50,406 nt of DNA, from contig BFEA01000002.1 of NCBI GenBank assembly GCA_003427395.1, forward strand, positions 9,527,766-9,578,171, in the 5' to 3' direction. Both the position numbers and the translations under genes were made by a program. The DNA comes from Chara braunii (Eukaryota; Plantae; Charophyceae). Positions 33,456 through 46,363 of this stretch are shown here, piece after piece. The notes beneath the pieces are model-generated. The model saw nothing but the letters and a program-made list of their open reading frames with translations, ran no database searches and was not told the DNA's origin. Each line of letters begins with the position of its first letter. Within the stretch, counting starts at the first letter, position 1.

Positions 33456-35486
33456 GTCTAACTGCTGAGTTCCGTAGTGTCCACAAGGTCCAAAGTATGG
33501 ATCCCTTCAAGCTCTGCGCAGCGGGAGTGAGCACCACGGGATTCCTGGGCCGACGGTGGGCCACCACCCCGAGGAGGGCGAAATCTTCATTCCACCCCAT
33601 CTAGAGTTGTCGTGAGAGTTCAGTGTAGACACATATGCAGCAAGTCCTCAATTCGAGTCCCCGGACACAACACCACGCAAAGAGGCCCGGCCTTAGATGC
33701 GCATCGAGCATACCAGTGCGCAGTGGGGATGGCCAGGGGTGGGCCATCAACCACCCCACAGGAAACAGGTATGCTTAACGACAGGGGGGGAGATCCATAA
33801 GAAGAAGTTTCCACTGTGAACATTTTCTTCTTCCCTTTGTGAAGGGAAGTAGCTTTTGTCCCCGGAGAGTAATTAAAAAACAAACAAACAAAAAAAAAAC
33901 ACCTTTTGGAAAAGTCCATAATGGTTCTGAACCACTCTCATTAAGCTTTAGATTATTTGGTAATTTAGACTATTAGCTGATGAATTAGTTGTAGCAGTAT
34001 TGGGTTTCTTTAGTTCCTTTAGAAGCCTGAATACCAATGAGGTTTTTAGGACTTTTTACAAGTGCCATATAAGCACTGATTTTATTATTATTATTATTTT
34101 TTTGAGAGCTGCGCCGCACTCTGCTGCAGTGCAATACAGAGGCAATGCTGAAGGGGTCGGGCAAGCAACCTTACCCATATGACCCCTCCGTAGCCCAGAA
34201 AAATTACTGATTTTTGCTACTGTAGCAGCTGCATATATTGGAGAATCAATCGAAGATCATCATTAGACATCAAATTATTAACAGTTTGGTTCTTTTTTTT
34301 TTTTCTTCGATTCTCACTTTTTTTTGTCCTTTTCTTTGAAGGGAAGTTGACGACAGGATCAAGAGACTCCGCCGCACGTTATAAAAAAGAAAAAGGCTCC
34401 GCCTTTGAGAGGGAGGTAGGGTTGGAGGAGGTGGCGGACGGAGTTGGGGGGACGGGTAGGCTGGGTGCATGAGGTGAGCACAGATATGGTGGTGCTAAAA
34501 TTTATACAATAGCCTGGTGGCTGCCTCGATTATGTAAAATCATAGTAGTTGCTTTCTGTTTCCGAAAGAAATGGAATGGTAGCGGATTCGCTCCTTTGTG
34601 GTAAAAAAAATTATAAACACACGCATGATTTCAAAGGCGCGAAGCACTGCAAAAAGGTCAAAGCACCCTACGAGGATGTAGCATGTACAGTTTTTGGGAA
34701 AAACTTGTCACAATGATCTCTTTTCATAACTACCCTGTCAAAATACACCTTTTTTTTTTTTTTTTTTTTTTTTTGTTCTACTAGAGAGTTTTAGGATCAC
34801 TTAAGGAGGAAGGTTGGCGAGGATTGACCGTCAGGAGTTTCTGTGGCTGGAAAAGAAAAAGAGGTCTCCACAGTCAGGGTATTATCAGGGGAGATGGATG
34901 AGTGATTATACGGTCTTCACCATGACACAAAAAAATGGAGAACCTTCCTTTTGACCAACAAGACTGGAAGTGGACTAGGCCTGGAGGAAGGATGTCCAAA
35001 AGGGATGCACCCTAACTCTATAAAGGGTGTATCTGTAAAGTCACCCTGGGGGTGTCTACCTACTAGGGACTATGATGCTCTGACCCTCTCACGCTCTACT
35101 CGGCGTTCCTTCATGGAGTGGACAAAAATGGGGAAAGGGCCCGACAAGCATGCCAAGGGGGTGTGCTGAGGGGGTGTGCCAAGGATTGTAGAGAAAAAAG
35201 TGAGTGCGGTGTCCCAGATCAGAACTGGAATCTCCTGTGCAGTTTTGGTTATGGTCGACAAATGGGGGCAAGGGACAAAATGGCAGGCAATCAACATCTA
35301 CCTAATTAAGAAGTACCGCTGGACACCAACCCGTGCTCGGCTCGGCGGCGTCTTTTCCCCGCCAGTTCAGCTTCTGCACTGATCTGCCCAGATTCTGCAT
35401 TCCGTCTCAGCGATGCGGCTTGCAGATCTCGCAAAGCCGCAGAAGACCCATCAGGACTGTTCGACTCGCTTGTCACCACCGAAGCC

Positions 35487-35599
35487 TACCGTCTTCACCC
35501 GAACAGAACGCCCGGTCCTTATTAGCTGCATTTGGCACAACTTTCACTCCAGAATGCAGCTATAATTACTGGGCGTTTTATTCCCGTGAAGACGGGGTA
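35487..35599. mobile_element. MITE, same family as 30621-30727
   Basis: TA-CCGTCTTCACCCGAACAGAACGCCC...GGGCGTTTTATTCCCGTGAAGACGG. Confidence 0.7.
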
Positions 35600-35912
35600 G
35601 CCACTACTCCAAGCGAGTTGGCACTTAGCATGCAGGAGAGCAAAAAGGACGCATTTACGTGATTTATAGTAGCGAAGGAAGCGGAGGAGGTATGGCAAAG
35701 AGAGATGGAGGGGAAGAAGAGGGAGCGGTGAAGACGGGGTAGCCACTACTCCAAGCGAGTTGGCACTTAGCATGCGGGAGAGCAAAAAGGACGCGTTTAT
35801 GTGATTTATAGTAGCGAAGGAAGCGGAGGAGGTATGACAAAGAGAGATGGAGGGGAAGAAGAGGGGAAGCGGAGGAGGTATGACAAAGAGAGATGGAGGG
35901 GAAGAAGAGGGA
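35586..35912. repeat. Tandem duplication (~142-bp unit plus a partial third copy)
   Basis: GTGAAGACGGGGTAGCCACTACTCC...GAGGGGAAGAAGAGGG repeated. Confidence 0.85.
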
Positions 35913-36681
35913 AGAGAGCCCTCGCAGGGGCCGTGTTGATCCGATCGGAGCCTTGCCACACGCTGCCGTCCAACTCTACAGTCACTTAGGATCGACGAGA
36001 TCCTTTTCGTGTCTTGGTGAAGGCGGCACGAGGTTACGAGAGGTGGTGTAAGGCGGGACCAAGATTCAATGGGATCAAGAAGGAGAGGAAGGCGTGAAGT
36101 GGGGAAGAAGAAGGCAGTTACAGTTTAGCGCTGAAGGCCCGAAGGAGGAGGACGAAGAGCGCAAGGAAAGATTGCATGCAGAAGCGCGCGCACAGAAAAT
36201 GCATTTGCTGGAACGTAAAGGCACCGAAACAGTTACGCGAAATGCCAGTGAAAGTTGCGCCTGATTCCTACAGCGAAATTGAAATTGAAAAGTTGGAAAA
36301 GGAAAATTTTAGCGCCCTCACTAAGGCGTGCGAAGATCCTGCGGATTCCCCTCGTTTCTACTCAAAAATGAAAATTCACACAAGTTGCGAGGGCATTTCC
36401 AGAATTCCCCAAAAAAGGACATGAACCCGAGCGGATTAACCGATGCAAGCCACCCATGGACACCCCACCAAAGACGAAGCCTGCAGAATTACATTGGAAT
36501 CCGAAAGACGAAACCAAAAACGTAGTCTGCAACCCCTTTAAGAAAAGAAGATTACAAGGGGTACAGGAACCAGTGCAAACACGTAAGCTCGTGTGTCACA
36601 TTATGTGACGCTCAGGGGTCTCCTGATTGCACGATGAAGGAGGAGAAGAAGAAGAAGAAGAAGAAGAAGAAGAAGAAGAAG

Positions 36682-36789
36682 AAATTAGCTCTTTTACTTA
36701 ATGTTATTGATCCAAAAATAGGTGGAGTTATGGTTATGGGATATAGAGGAACTGGTAAATCTACAACTGTAAGAGCATTAGTAGACTTA
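36682..36789 (+). pseudogene. chlI: Nuclear insertion of plastid DNA: Mg-chelatase subunit I fragment
   Basis: AT-rich 108 bp encoding [36 protein letters not shown] (ChlI Walker A region), flanked by (GAA)n on both sides. Confidence 0.9.
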
Positions 36790-37068
36790 GAAGAAGAAGA
36801 AGAAGAAGAAGAAGAAGAAGGAGGGAGAGAATGAGAAGAGGAAGAAAAGAAAAGGACAGCAGAACCACCGTCGATCCACCATCAAAGCTTGGTTTCTCCT
36901 ACAAAGGAAATTTTCCTTGGGAGTGAAATCCTGTCCACATGGATCGACAATAATGCCGATCTTTCGTTGTCCTTGGTACAATAAGTCTGTAATACGCCAG
37001 GCTTTACCTTCTATGCACCCTATGCGCTCTACGCCGGTTTCCTTCACGCGACAAAATGGCGGGCAATC

Positions 37069-37124
37069 TTTTTTGTTTTTTGTTTTTTGTTTTTGGAACG
37101 AGCCAGCAACCTCTACTAGATAGT
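37069..37124 (-). mobile_element. 56-bp 5'-truncated non-LTR retro-insertion
   Basis: (CAAAAAA)n tail on the minus strand and a 13-bp TSD ATGGCGGGCAATC (37056-37068, 37125-37137). Confidence 0.65.
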
Positions 37125-39556
37125 ATGGCGGGCAATCAACGTCTACCTAATTCAAAAAGTACCGCTGCTGCCATAAGAGGCAGAGAGAAAAGCGCCAAAG
37201 CTGTCAGATCTGTCCAGATCTGGACTGCAATCACGTCCAGAGCTTTGGTGTATGGCCCTGTGGTGTTTTTCTCTCTGCCTCTCACAGCAGCAGAGCAGCA
37301 GCAGCTGCTGTGAGAGGCGTGCTACTGACCTCCTTTCTCATTTTGGTGACTGGAGGCTGTTCTTTTCCTTGTTCTCTGTTTTTGTTCTGTCTGTATGTGG
37401 CAACGAGCCCAGGCCAGATACAGATACAGAAGCTGGCTTTGTGGAGACTTTAGCCGACTTCTTCTGCCTGCCGTGCACAGCATGAACCAGCAGCAGGACA
37501 TAGTGCACGGTCCGTTTGCCCCTTTCTTTGGGCCCACTGCCTTCCTACCCCATCGCACTCCCGGGCCTTCCGCGAGCCCTGAAAGTTTTGGGGTTGGGGG
37601 CGAGCTCATTTTCTGCAAGGCTGGGGCCGTGTAGTGTACTGGTGGCCAGTGTAATCGTCTTTTTTTGCTAGTGGGACCTTGCTTCTGCTGTCCCCCAATG
37701 GCCTCGTGGACTGTGCAGTTTTGGCAGCAAAGAAAAAAAAGAAAGGGAAAAGGAGATCGGAGGATGGGCAAGCGTGGGTGGGTATCCAGCATCAAAGCTC
37801 CTCCTGAGTGACTTGTGGGCTGTGAGTGGAAAGGATCTGGTGATCTGATGCTGTCTGTGTAGCTGGAAGGATTCCACACTCGGCACTCTTTTCTACTCGC
37901 ACTAGGACTTTTCTACTAAGCCCTGGACATGATCGCGGTGAGATTCATCCCGCTCTGACTGTAATTGCAGTCAAATACACTTTGGGAAGTTGCTAGTGTC
38001 AGTATGCCCTCAGAATATTCTGCCATTCGGACTGTCTGGCTCAGGCTCACCTGCTGGGATCCTGCTCCGCACGGACTCCCTCTTGTCCGAATATCCAGCG
38101 TATCCTGGGTGGGCCCAGGTTCAAAGCCCTCCTAACTGATTTAGGGGCCTCTGGGGCCTGATCCCCTTCTCTTGAGGACTTCGGCTGGTGGATAGTTGAG
38201 GGCATAATACTCACACGATGAGCACTTGTATAAATGTATCCGACTATACATACCGCCAGACCTGGAAGAATCGGACTGCAATCACGTCTATAAGCTTAGT
38301 AGAAAAAGTCCTTTTGTGAGTATACCTTGAACCACTACTTCAGGGTCCTCTAGGACTGCCGTGCAACTCAAAATGATATGGACAAGCCGTGGAGAGTTTA
38401 CGAAAGGAACGGGGTGGGAGGGATTCTCATAAGGGGCTATAACCCCAAAAAAACAAAAAAGGGTAAGACGGTAAGATTCTAAAAAATAAAAAGAATGGGG
38501 ACTTCCCTGTGGCCGAACAGTAGATGCAGGAGCTTCAAATCCTGACGGATATGATATAATATCGTTCAGGGGCAAAGAAGCCCCCAACTGGTGGCCCCCA
38601 CCCCTGCAAGGAAGAAAAAGTAGATCAGGCCCTTCGCTGGCCACTGCTTAAAACATGGGCAGCCTGCTCTGGCCATTGATTGCAGAGGATTGCGGATTAA
38701 GTTTCCAAAATTAATGATGCCAAAAAGTTCCCATAGCAAGTTTTTTTTTTTTTTTTTTTTTTTTTTTTCCCAATCTTCTACATGGGCTCCGACCGACTAG
38801 CATTGTGTAAAATGGAGTGTGGCGTTCTTTTTTTTTCTTAAACACCTGAACAATGTTTTTTTTTCATTTACACGAATGCAAAGAAAAGGACCCCCCCCCC
38901 CAAAAAAAGACATCAGTCTGACATCGACATCGTCACAGTACAGCCTGTGCATCCCTCATTCTCAAGCCTTAGCGCCGGGGAAAAGGCAAGGAAACCAACA
39001 CAGTACAGCCTGTGCATCCCTCATTCTCAAGCCTTAGCGCACGGGAAAAGCCAAGGAAACCAACTGGCCTACAATGACGCCGTCTGCCACGGCGCATTGA
39101 ACTGTCAGTGTACACGGAAATCTCAATATTCTCTATTTCTGCACAAAAAAAATGCGTTGGCGCAAAGCTTAAAAAACACCCCCCTCCCAAAAAAAAGCCA
39201 TAGAATTGAAGCTTCGCGCCAACACAAAGTGGCCAACTGAATGGCCAACAATGGCAACAAATTAATTAAAAAATTTCCTACTGGCCGATGGGCAGCTGCC
39301 TCCACAAAAACGAAGACAATCGACACTAGCAGTCGATGCGGAAAATGATCAGTGACTTACGTTTGTCACGGACGGGCGCACGTGGTCGAAAACGGCAGAG
39401 CACAAGCGTAAATCGGACCTAGTCGGTCCGAGCCCCAGCAAGGATTTGAAACTGGTGTTTGTAAAAAAACTGGTGTTTGACACTGTTTGTCATTCAATTA
39501 TGAGTGGGCTACTGCCACTGTTGCTTCCACTGCTGCACCTGCTCGTGCTCTGATGT

Positions 39557-39592
<36 letters not shown>

Positions 39593-39625
39593 CACTACCA
39601 CTACGATTACTACTACTACTGCTGC

Positions 39626-39651
<26 letters not shown>
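39557..39651. repeat. (CTA)n microsatellite
   Basis: Read directly. Confidence 0.95.
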
Positions 39652-39656
<5 letters not shown>

Positions 39657-39760
39657 TTCCCCCAAATAGAGCGGCCGGACATTATCGCTTTATCTAGAGT
39701 TAAAGGTGCCCCAAATAAAGCTATAATGACCATGCTTTCTATTTGGGGGAAGAGACGGTA
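39650..39760. mobile_element. MITE, same family (diverged)
   Basis: TACCACCTTCCCCCAAATAGA...TCTATTTGGGGGAAGAGACGGTA. Confidence 0.6.
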
Positions 39761-40504
39761 GCACTACCGATTGTACTTCAACAAATAGAGCCCTCGGAGC
39801 CTCACAACCCCTGTCCTGTCAGTGCATCAAAACCACTAGAGTCTTGCGGCTCTGACTGTGCACGGCCCTGACTTGCGATCCCTTCTGAGGGGGGCAGGGG
39901 AAAGCTGGGCTAGGCATGCAGCATTACCCCGCTGCAGAAGGTTCTGGTGCGGGTCGTTTACGGCCACAACTTTCGGGGTTATCGGTGTACTGGGGAAAAA
40001 TGGCTGGTGGTGCCAGGCAAAAGGAGGCGCACCCCCGGTTCATTCTTTTTTGGTGCACAGGGCATTTGGCGTCATTTCCTGGCTATTTGTTCCCATGCCG
40101 CGATTAACTTACGCACCGAGTTTTGCCAAGCCTGGGTCCCGGTTTGATTTTCTGCCGGTACTCTTGTGAAAAATAAAAAAGAACTCTCCAGTGTGATCAG
40201 AAAAGAAAGCAGGGCGTTATAGCGGCGCAACCATGTCCACAGAAGGGAAAAAATAAAATAAAATGAAACTACTCTTTGGACGTCATAGCGGGTGGATATG
40301 AAGAACAAAGTACTTGTGTGAGTGTGCCCTCACTGAGGGCGTTGCATTGGTCCACGATACTGACAAAAGAAAAAGGGGAAAAAAAATGAAATTACCCTTA
40401 TGCTGGGAAAGCGAGTGGTCCACGATACTGACAAAAGAAAAGGAAAAAAAAATGAAATTACCCTTATGCTGGGAAAGCGAGTAGGTTCATTCTGAATTGT
40501 AGTA

Positions 40505-40810
40505 CTATGAGGCTCGCCACACAGACTGTCGAATGTCGAAAATTTTTGACAGGTGTCAGAAAAATTTCGACAGTCGGGCGGTCGACAGTTTTCCCCCTCT
40601 TCGCCACATAGCCTGTCGAGGGGCAAGGTTTTTGGTCATGGCCAGGCGGACGGGTGTCACGGAACAGTCCCTGACAACGCAAATGTGAATGCAATTTTTG
40701 AAAGGTCGGCGGGCCACTGTCGAATTTCCGTCACCTGCAGGCTGGTGGAAACGGTTGCTGGAGGGCGGCTGTCGAAAGGACCATTCTGACACCTGTCGAA
40801 AGTTCTATGA
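40505..40810. mobile_element. Probable MITE with subterminal (C)TGTCGAA repeats
   Basis: Inverted pair TTGACAGGTGTCAGAA / TTCTGACACCTGTCGAA and many TGTCGA motifs in both orientations. Confidence 0.4.
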
Positions 40811-41917
40811 GTGTGCCCTCCATGCAAATGTCTCAGCAGCCCGTGGAATGTGCCCTGTGGCAAGGCACTGAAACATAATGAAAGAAACAAAACAAGTAGA
40901 CCAATCTGACAACCCGAAAACAGCCAAGATAGCGGGTAGATACCTTCTTGGCAGTATCGTTCAGGGCACTAGCTTGTTCACGTCCTGTCCCCGGTATGAA
41001 TCCTGTTGTTACAGTCTCTCACTTTTTTTTTGTTTTTTTTTTGTTTTACTGGCGGGTCCTGCGGGCACAAACATTTCCCTTCTGCCAAGGCACACCCAGA
41101 CCCCCGAAAAATGCGGTGTGACAAATATTCCCGTTTTTCCGAACACTGAGAAAGGTAGTGGTGGTTTAACAGGGGCTTGTGGGTCCAAACATTTCCTTTC
41201 TTCTGAGGCACGCCCAGACCCGCGAAAAATGCGGTGTGACAAATGTTCCCGTTTTTCCGAACAGTGACCTGCCGGACCAAAATGGCTGGCCGCAGCAGGC
41301 AAAAGGGAAATATTTTGCACCTGTGTAGGGCCTGATGGGGGTTATTCTAATTTTCTTTCCGCCCGCAATCCCTTCAGAGAAAGCGAGTACCATTTTGTCT
41401 TTTTTTCATTTAAAGAAAGCGAGTACCTTTCAGGTGTAAGATTGTGTTGTAGGTAATGGGAGGGCAACCAGCGAAAGGCCTACTATGAGGAGATGCTCAC
41501 AGCACTCCTCATGGTATCCCTAGCTGTCCCCCACCCCGCCCCCGCCAGCCCCCCCGCCCACAAAAAAAAAAGAAAAAAAAAGGGCTTTGTGTAATACGGA
41601 CTCTGGTTGCAGATGGTGTGCAAGTGTTCATCACTTGAATCTTGTCTTGGATCCTCATGTCATTTTCTGTTATTGTTCGCTAGCACTTTCCAGACTGTAT
41701 CTGACTGCAATAACGGGGCTGAATCTGACCGCCAATGTTTCCATGGTTCACCTCCAATGTTTTTGTAACCTAAGACTCCAGTAAATTAGGTCACCATCGT
41801 GCAGAGGAACAGCCTTCCGCCCGCGTATGAGGAGGCAGCTTGCATTTAAAAAAGAAAAAGAAAAAAAGGTCACCATTGAATGGACCCTTGGTGGAATGAA
41901 GGGACCACTTTGTGTTT

Positions 41918-42056
41918 GCAACTCTTTTTAGTCCAACTCTTTTTTGATCCAATTCTTTTTGATCCAACTCTTTTTTGATTGCCTCTTTTTTATCCAACTC
42001 TTGTTGGTCCAACTCAGTCGAATGTTTGCAACTCTTAGTCCTTTTTATCCAACTCA
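41918..42056. repeat. ~15-bp tandem repeat (TCCAACTCTTTTTTGA-like)
   Basis: Read directly. Confidence 0.8.
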
Positions 42057-42508
42057 ATAGGTGAGATTGAACTGGCGCCGCTGCTGCTTCGAGGCCTTTT
42101 CCGACAAGTACGAGACGTACAAATCCCAATTGTTTCGGCATTTCTTACCGTGAAAACCAAGCCAAGTTTGATTCTTCTCAATTATACATGAAAGCCCATA
42201 AGTTATTTGGCCTTCAGTTGAAGGTAACTTTTGTCTCATGAAAAAAAACAATTTGGAAAAGCAAAGCGAAAAAAGATAACAGAATTTCGCCGAAAATTGA
42301 TTCGGGAGCAAAACTGTACAGAAAACAATTGCTGGAGAGGAAATCCACTCAATAGGAGTCCTTGATGCGTCTGTCTGATGAATAATAGATGAAGAAGAAG
42401 AAGAAGAAAAAAGCCTTCCTTATGCTGTGATTGCGAAGAAGAAGAAGGAAAAAAAAAAGAATTCCTTATGCTGTGATTGCGGTCTGATACATGACTCTAC
42501 AGTACTAG

Positions 42509-43715
42509 TGTGAGTATGAGGTGAGTGAGGCAGTCAGTTGCCCCGTGTGGAAGTTTCCCTGCCTCACTGGCAGGGCACTACGAGCAAATGAAAAGCAGAA
42601 GAAAAAGAAAACAAAAACAACAGCAATGGAAGGAAAATGAGCGAGAGCGATAGGCAGAAAACCAAATTGCAATATCGCACTGAAGACTAAATAGCCCTGC
42701 ACCAAGCAGAAAGCACAATGCACCGAGACACAAGCCAAATAAGAGCAGTACAATGAACTCAAATGTTAATGTTGACACTCTCTCGCCACACCAACATAGT
42801 ATCCGATGTCGCTCTTCTTGACTGGCACTCAGCGCCCAGTCTATCCTACTCAGCACCTAAGCTAGCCTACAGCAATGACATGCAACAGGATCACTTCAAG
42901 CTGAAGACCAATGTCCGTGACGGTGTCGCTAATGCAGACTGCCAGCATACAGCTGGTGTCTCTTCTCCCCTCTGTCCTCATCCCCCTCCTCACCCGCAGT
43001 GTCCGCTCTCATCATCCGAAGACCACCATCGCCCACACCAGCATCTGCACAAGCAGGCCCGACTATGGCCGCTTGCGCCCACTGCCACCACAGTGCCCCT
43101 CTCACCTCGTGCGCCCCTGCTCGCTGGCCAGCGCAAGCAGGCCCGCTTGCCGGCCAGCGCCCAGCCAGCAAGCCAGTCCTCCAATGTGGCCGCTCTTGCA
43201 TGCACTGCCAGAATGTCCTCTGGCTAGGCTCACACTTTCCTATATGGGAAGTGAGCCCAGCCTCTGGCTGGCCTAGGCCTGGTGGGCGTGTGCCCAATAG
43301 CTTCACGTTGGGTCAAAGTCTTGGCACCCAGGCCCATTCAGACAGTTGCCTGGGCCTGCAGCAGTTAAGCTGCCCAAGTATGTGATGTGGCTGTTGTCAC
43401 TCGCTGCATTCTCATTGGCCTTAGGGCCTTCAGCCACATCGCTGCCTCGCTTCCCATTGGCCGAGAGCCTCTGGCCATGTCACGTGTGGAGTGAGCCCAG
43501 AGGCTCAGCATGTCAGCTCACACAGGCGTGGCCCTGTAACCAATTGGCGCGTGGAAACTGTCTGGCGCCCCCAAAATGCACAAATGACAAAAGTAAGGCC
43601 TCACGGCTTAAAGCAGGCCCACCTTCACTTAAGACGGGCACGAGGCTTGTCAGGGCCCTAGAGGGCAATCGGGTGCCAGGGCCAAGAAGGCCTTTGCGAG
43701 GGCTCTATCCTCGCA
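42509..43715 (-). repeat. 3' LTR of a chromovirus remnant
   Basis: PPT AAGGAGGAGGGAG (43716-43728) precedes TGCGAGG on the minus strand. The far end ...CTCACA at 42509 is inferred. Confidence 0.5.
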
Positions 43716-43754
43716 CTCCCTCCTCCTTAGCTTCGAAAGTCCGCTGAGATGCTT

Positions 43755-44510
43755 CTACGCAGGTGCTTTTCCCTTCAACTTTTGTTCATACTCTTCAACG
43801 ACCTAAGGTGCTGTCTTGATCAATTCCTCCCTGGTGAAGCAACGATCTTCCCTTGGATCCGTATGATGCTTGAATCTGACCCTGTACTCTCTTGTGGGGG
43901 GTCCGGCGGTCTTCCTCTGGCAACTGGCTTCGGAACAGGCAGATCTGCATGATCCAAAATGTCGTCGATGTCCACGCCGCCATCTATGGTTGGGTGGAGC
44001 ATTGACCTCCTTGATGGGAATCTGACAGTCTCAGCAAAAGGTGCTGGAAGCTTGGAAGCGTGAAAAACAGGGTAAGTGTGCAGGTGACTAGAGATTCTAA
44101 TCACATTGAAGGGACCATCCAGATCACTACCCACGATATCCAAGACTTCCCAAGGACAAAAATAATGAGGCATTAGCTTCCTAGAGATGTCAAACTTCTG
44201 TCCTAACGCACCAGCCTTAACCCAGACTCGTTCTCCTACCTGAAATGTGGACTGTCGTCTATGTCTGTTGTCAGAGGCAATCGTGGCCTTCTGTGCTTTC
44301 TTGATATGTTTGACAGCCTGCTGCAACAGCTTCTCATACTGGACACCAAATTCAATGGTTCCAGGTGTCACAGCGGGTTGGTTTTAGGAAGGCGAAAGTC
44401 TAGTGCTGATCTAGGCTTTCACCCCAAGTGTAGCTCATTCGGCGAGACTCCGGTGGTGCTGTGAACTGTGTTGTTGTACAGGCTGGTGATGAGAGGAAGT
44501 TTCTCCCCGC
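43755..44510 (-). pseudogene. Ty3/Gypsy chromovirus integrase C-terminus plus chromodomain-like segment
   Basis: YNNTVHSTTGVSP, FQVGERVWV, YPVFHASKL, then IDDILDH...EYRVRFK...EDR.FTREEL...VVEEYE across frameshifts. Confidence 0.85.
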
Positions 44511-46104
44511 CCTCATAGCCCCAAAAACCTCAGTGAAGCTCACTGAAGATCCATGTAGGCCAATCCTCCGCCACAACAGCTACATTGTGTGTCCACTGCA
44601 TGCACCTTACCAGCGATGATCTTCTTCCTGTATCCTCGCCCGCTCACATGCTTACCCAGGGCTTGCGCGACTCCTCTCTCTTCTCCTTAGCACAACCGAG
44701 GATCGTACTTGATATTACTCCCGTTGGAACGGGTTATGGAAATCCACCCTTCGCCAACCGAAACCTGCCTCGGTCACCTTCTACCCAGTGAAAGTCGTCA
44801 CCCAGCCCACGCCCCTCTGTCCCCCTGAAATGCCTACGAGATGCTCGCATTCAACACGGTTGGGAGATGCAAACGGGAACAGATCTACCCACTTACTAAA
44901 CCAAAGACCTGCCACGATGCCACCGTCCGAACCTGCCGATTGGCCACCGCTCATAGCCAGGCCGCATGTCTACACCATCCCACACCTTCAAACCTGCAGC
45001 CTAACAATGAAGTTATGCAAAAGGGGATCTTGTCTTGGCAGCATACCTTAGCTGGCCAGAACACCCAGTCCCGTTGTAGGAGAGGGGCGCGCACTCCGCT
45101 GGATGCAGTAACCTTGTCGTCCATACACTACTGAGATGAGTAACCAGCATAGCCAGCCCTCGATATCTCCTCCGCAAATACCATCCAAGCAGAGCCACAC
45201 CACACTGGTCCCATCACCATCTACCTCAGTGCGAAGAAACGACTACTCCCCACTGTCCCTGCAACTCGTAATCTCCAATCAACCCAACACCTCCCGAACT
45301 CCTCTTCCTCAACGTGACACTGCCATCGTGCCCGTGCTCTGCGTCTCCCCGAACACCATACTGCACCTTCGTGCCTCCGCGCATTCGCGCCTGGCATTCC
45401 CAGCCAGCCCCAGTGCTGCGCAACATTTTGCGTTTGCACAGCTTGGGTGCAGCGCTCCAGGTAGCGCTGAACCCGGGTAGTACCTCTCTTTTTACCGGCT
45501 CTGAGACTGACGCAATTGAGATCCCATCATTTTGCATTCGAATGTGGACGGCAAGTAGGCTTTTCCTGTGGGAGCTGTGCTTTGCTTGTGTTGCCATTGT
45601 CATTTTTGTGATTTTGCTCGTTTTTATTATTATCAACATTCATTGTTGTAATGGCACAACCTTATGGTTGTTTGCTCCTGCAGTTGTTGGGCTTGCTATT
45701 CCTTATAGATTTGAGTCAGAGGTGGTCATGTGATGTCATGTTTTGTGGTTATATCTGGTGGTCCATGGTGGACGGAATCTGATCTGTGGTCTCTCTCTGG
45801 GGTCTGCTCCAACAGTCCTTTTGTATTCTATTGAGGGATAGGAATAAGCTTTTCCTGTGCTTTGGGAGATCTGTTAAAATTGGATAGATACATCCATTAA
45901 AATTGGAATGCTTTGAGTGAAGGTAGGGAGACTTTAGGCCCGTTCACCCAGCTCGAAGAGCCTGAGTCAATCTACAGGGACGATTACCATGGCCCGCAAG
46001 CAAGGATGGCACACATAAATAGAGAAATGTTCCAAAATTTTCAAAATGCGCACGGGGGAAAGAAGGCAGGAAAAAGGAGCAGGCCTTTCCTGTGGCGCTT
46101 CATT

Positions 46105-46106
46105 GC

Positions 46107-46168
<62 letters not shown>

Positions 46169-46309
46169 CTGTTGTTGTTGTTGTTGTGGTGGTGGTGGTG
46201 GTGGTTGTTGTTTGTGGTTGTGGTTGTTAATGTTGTTGTTAATGTTGTTGTTAATGTTGTTGTTGTTGTGGTGGTGGTGGTGGCGGTTGTTGTTGTTGTG
46301 GTGGTGGTG

Positions 46310-46363
<54 letters not shown>

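Noticed and set aside
36634-36834. 66-aa ORF as a functional chlI gene
   Set aside because: Only 36 codons of ChlI, flanked by microsatellite-derived poly-K/poly-E, with no splice sites at the junctions.
44520-45730. Possible tyrosine recombinase or other coding remnant
   Set aside because: No frame shows convincing R-H-R-Y or other motifs, and there are many stops.
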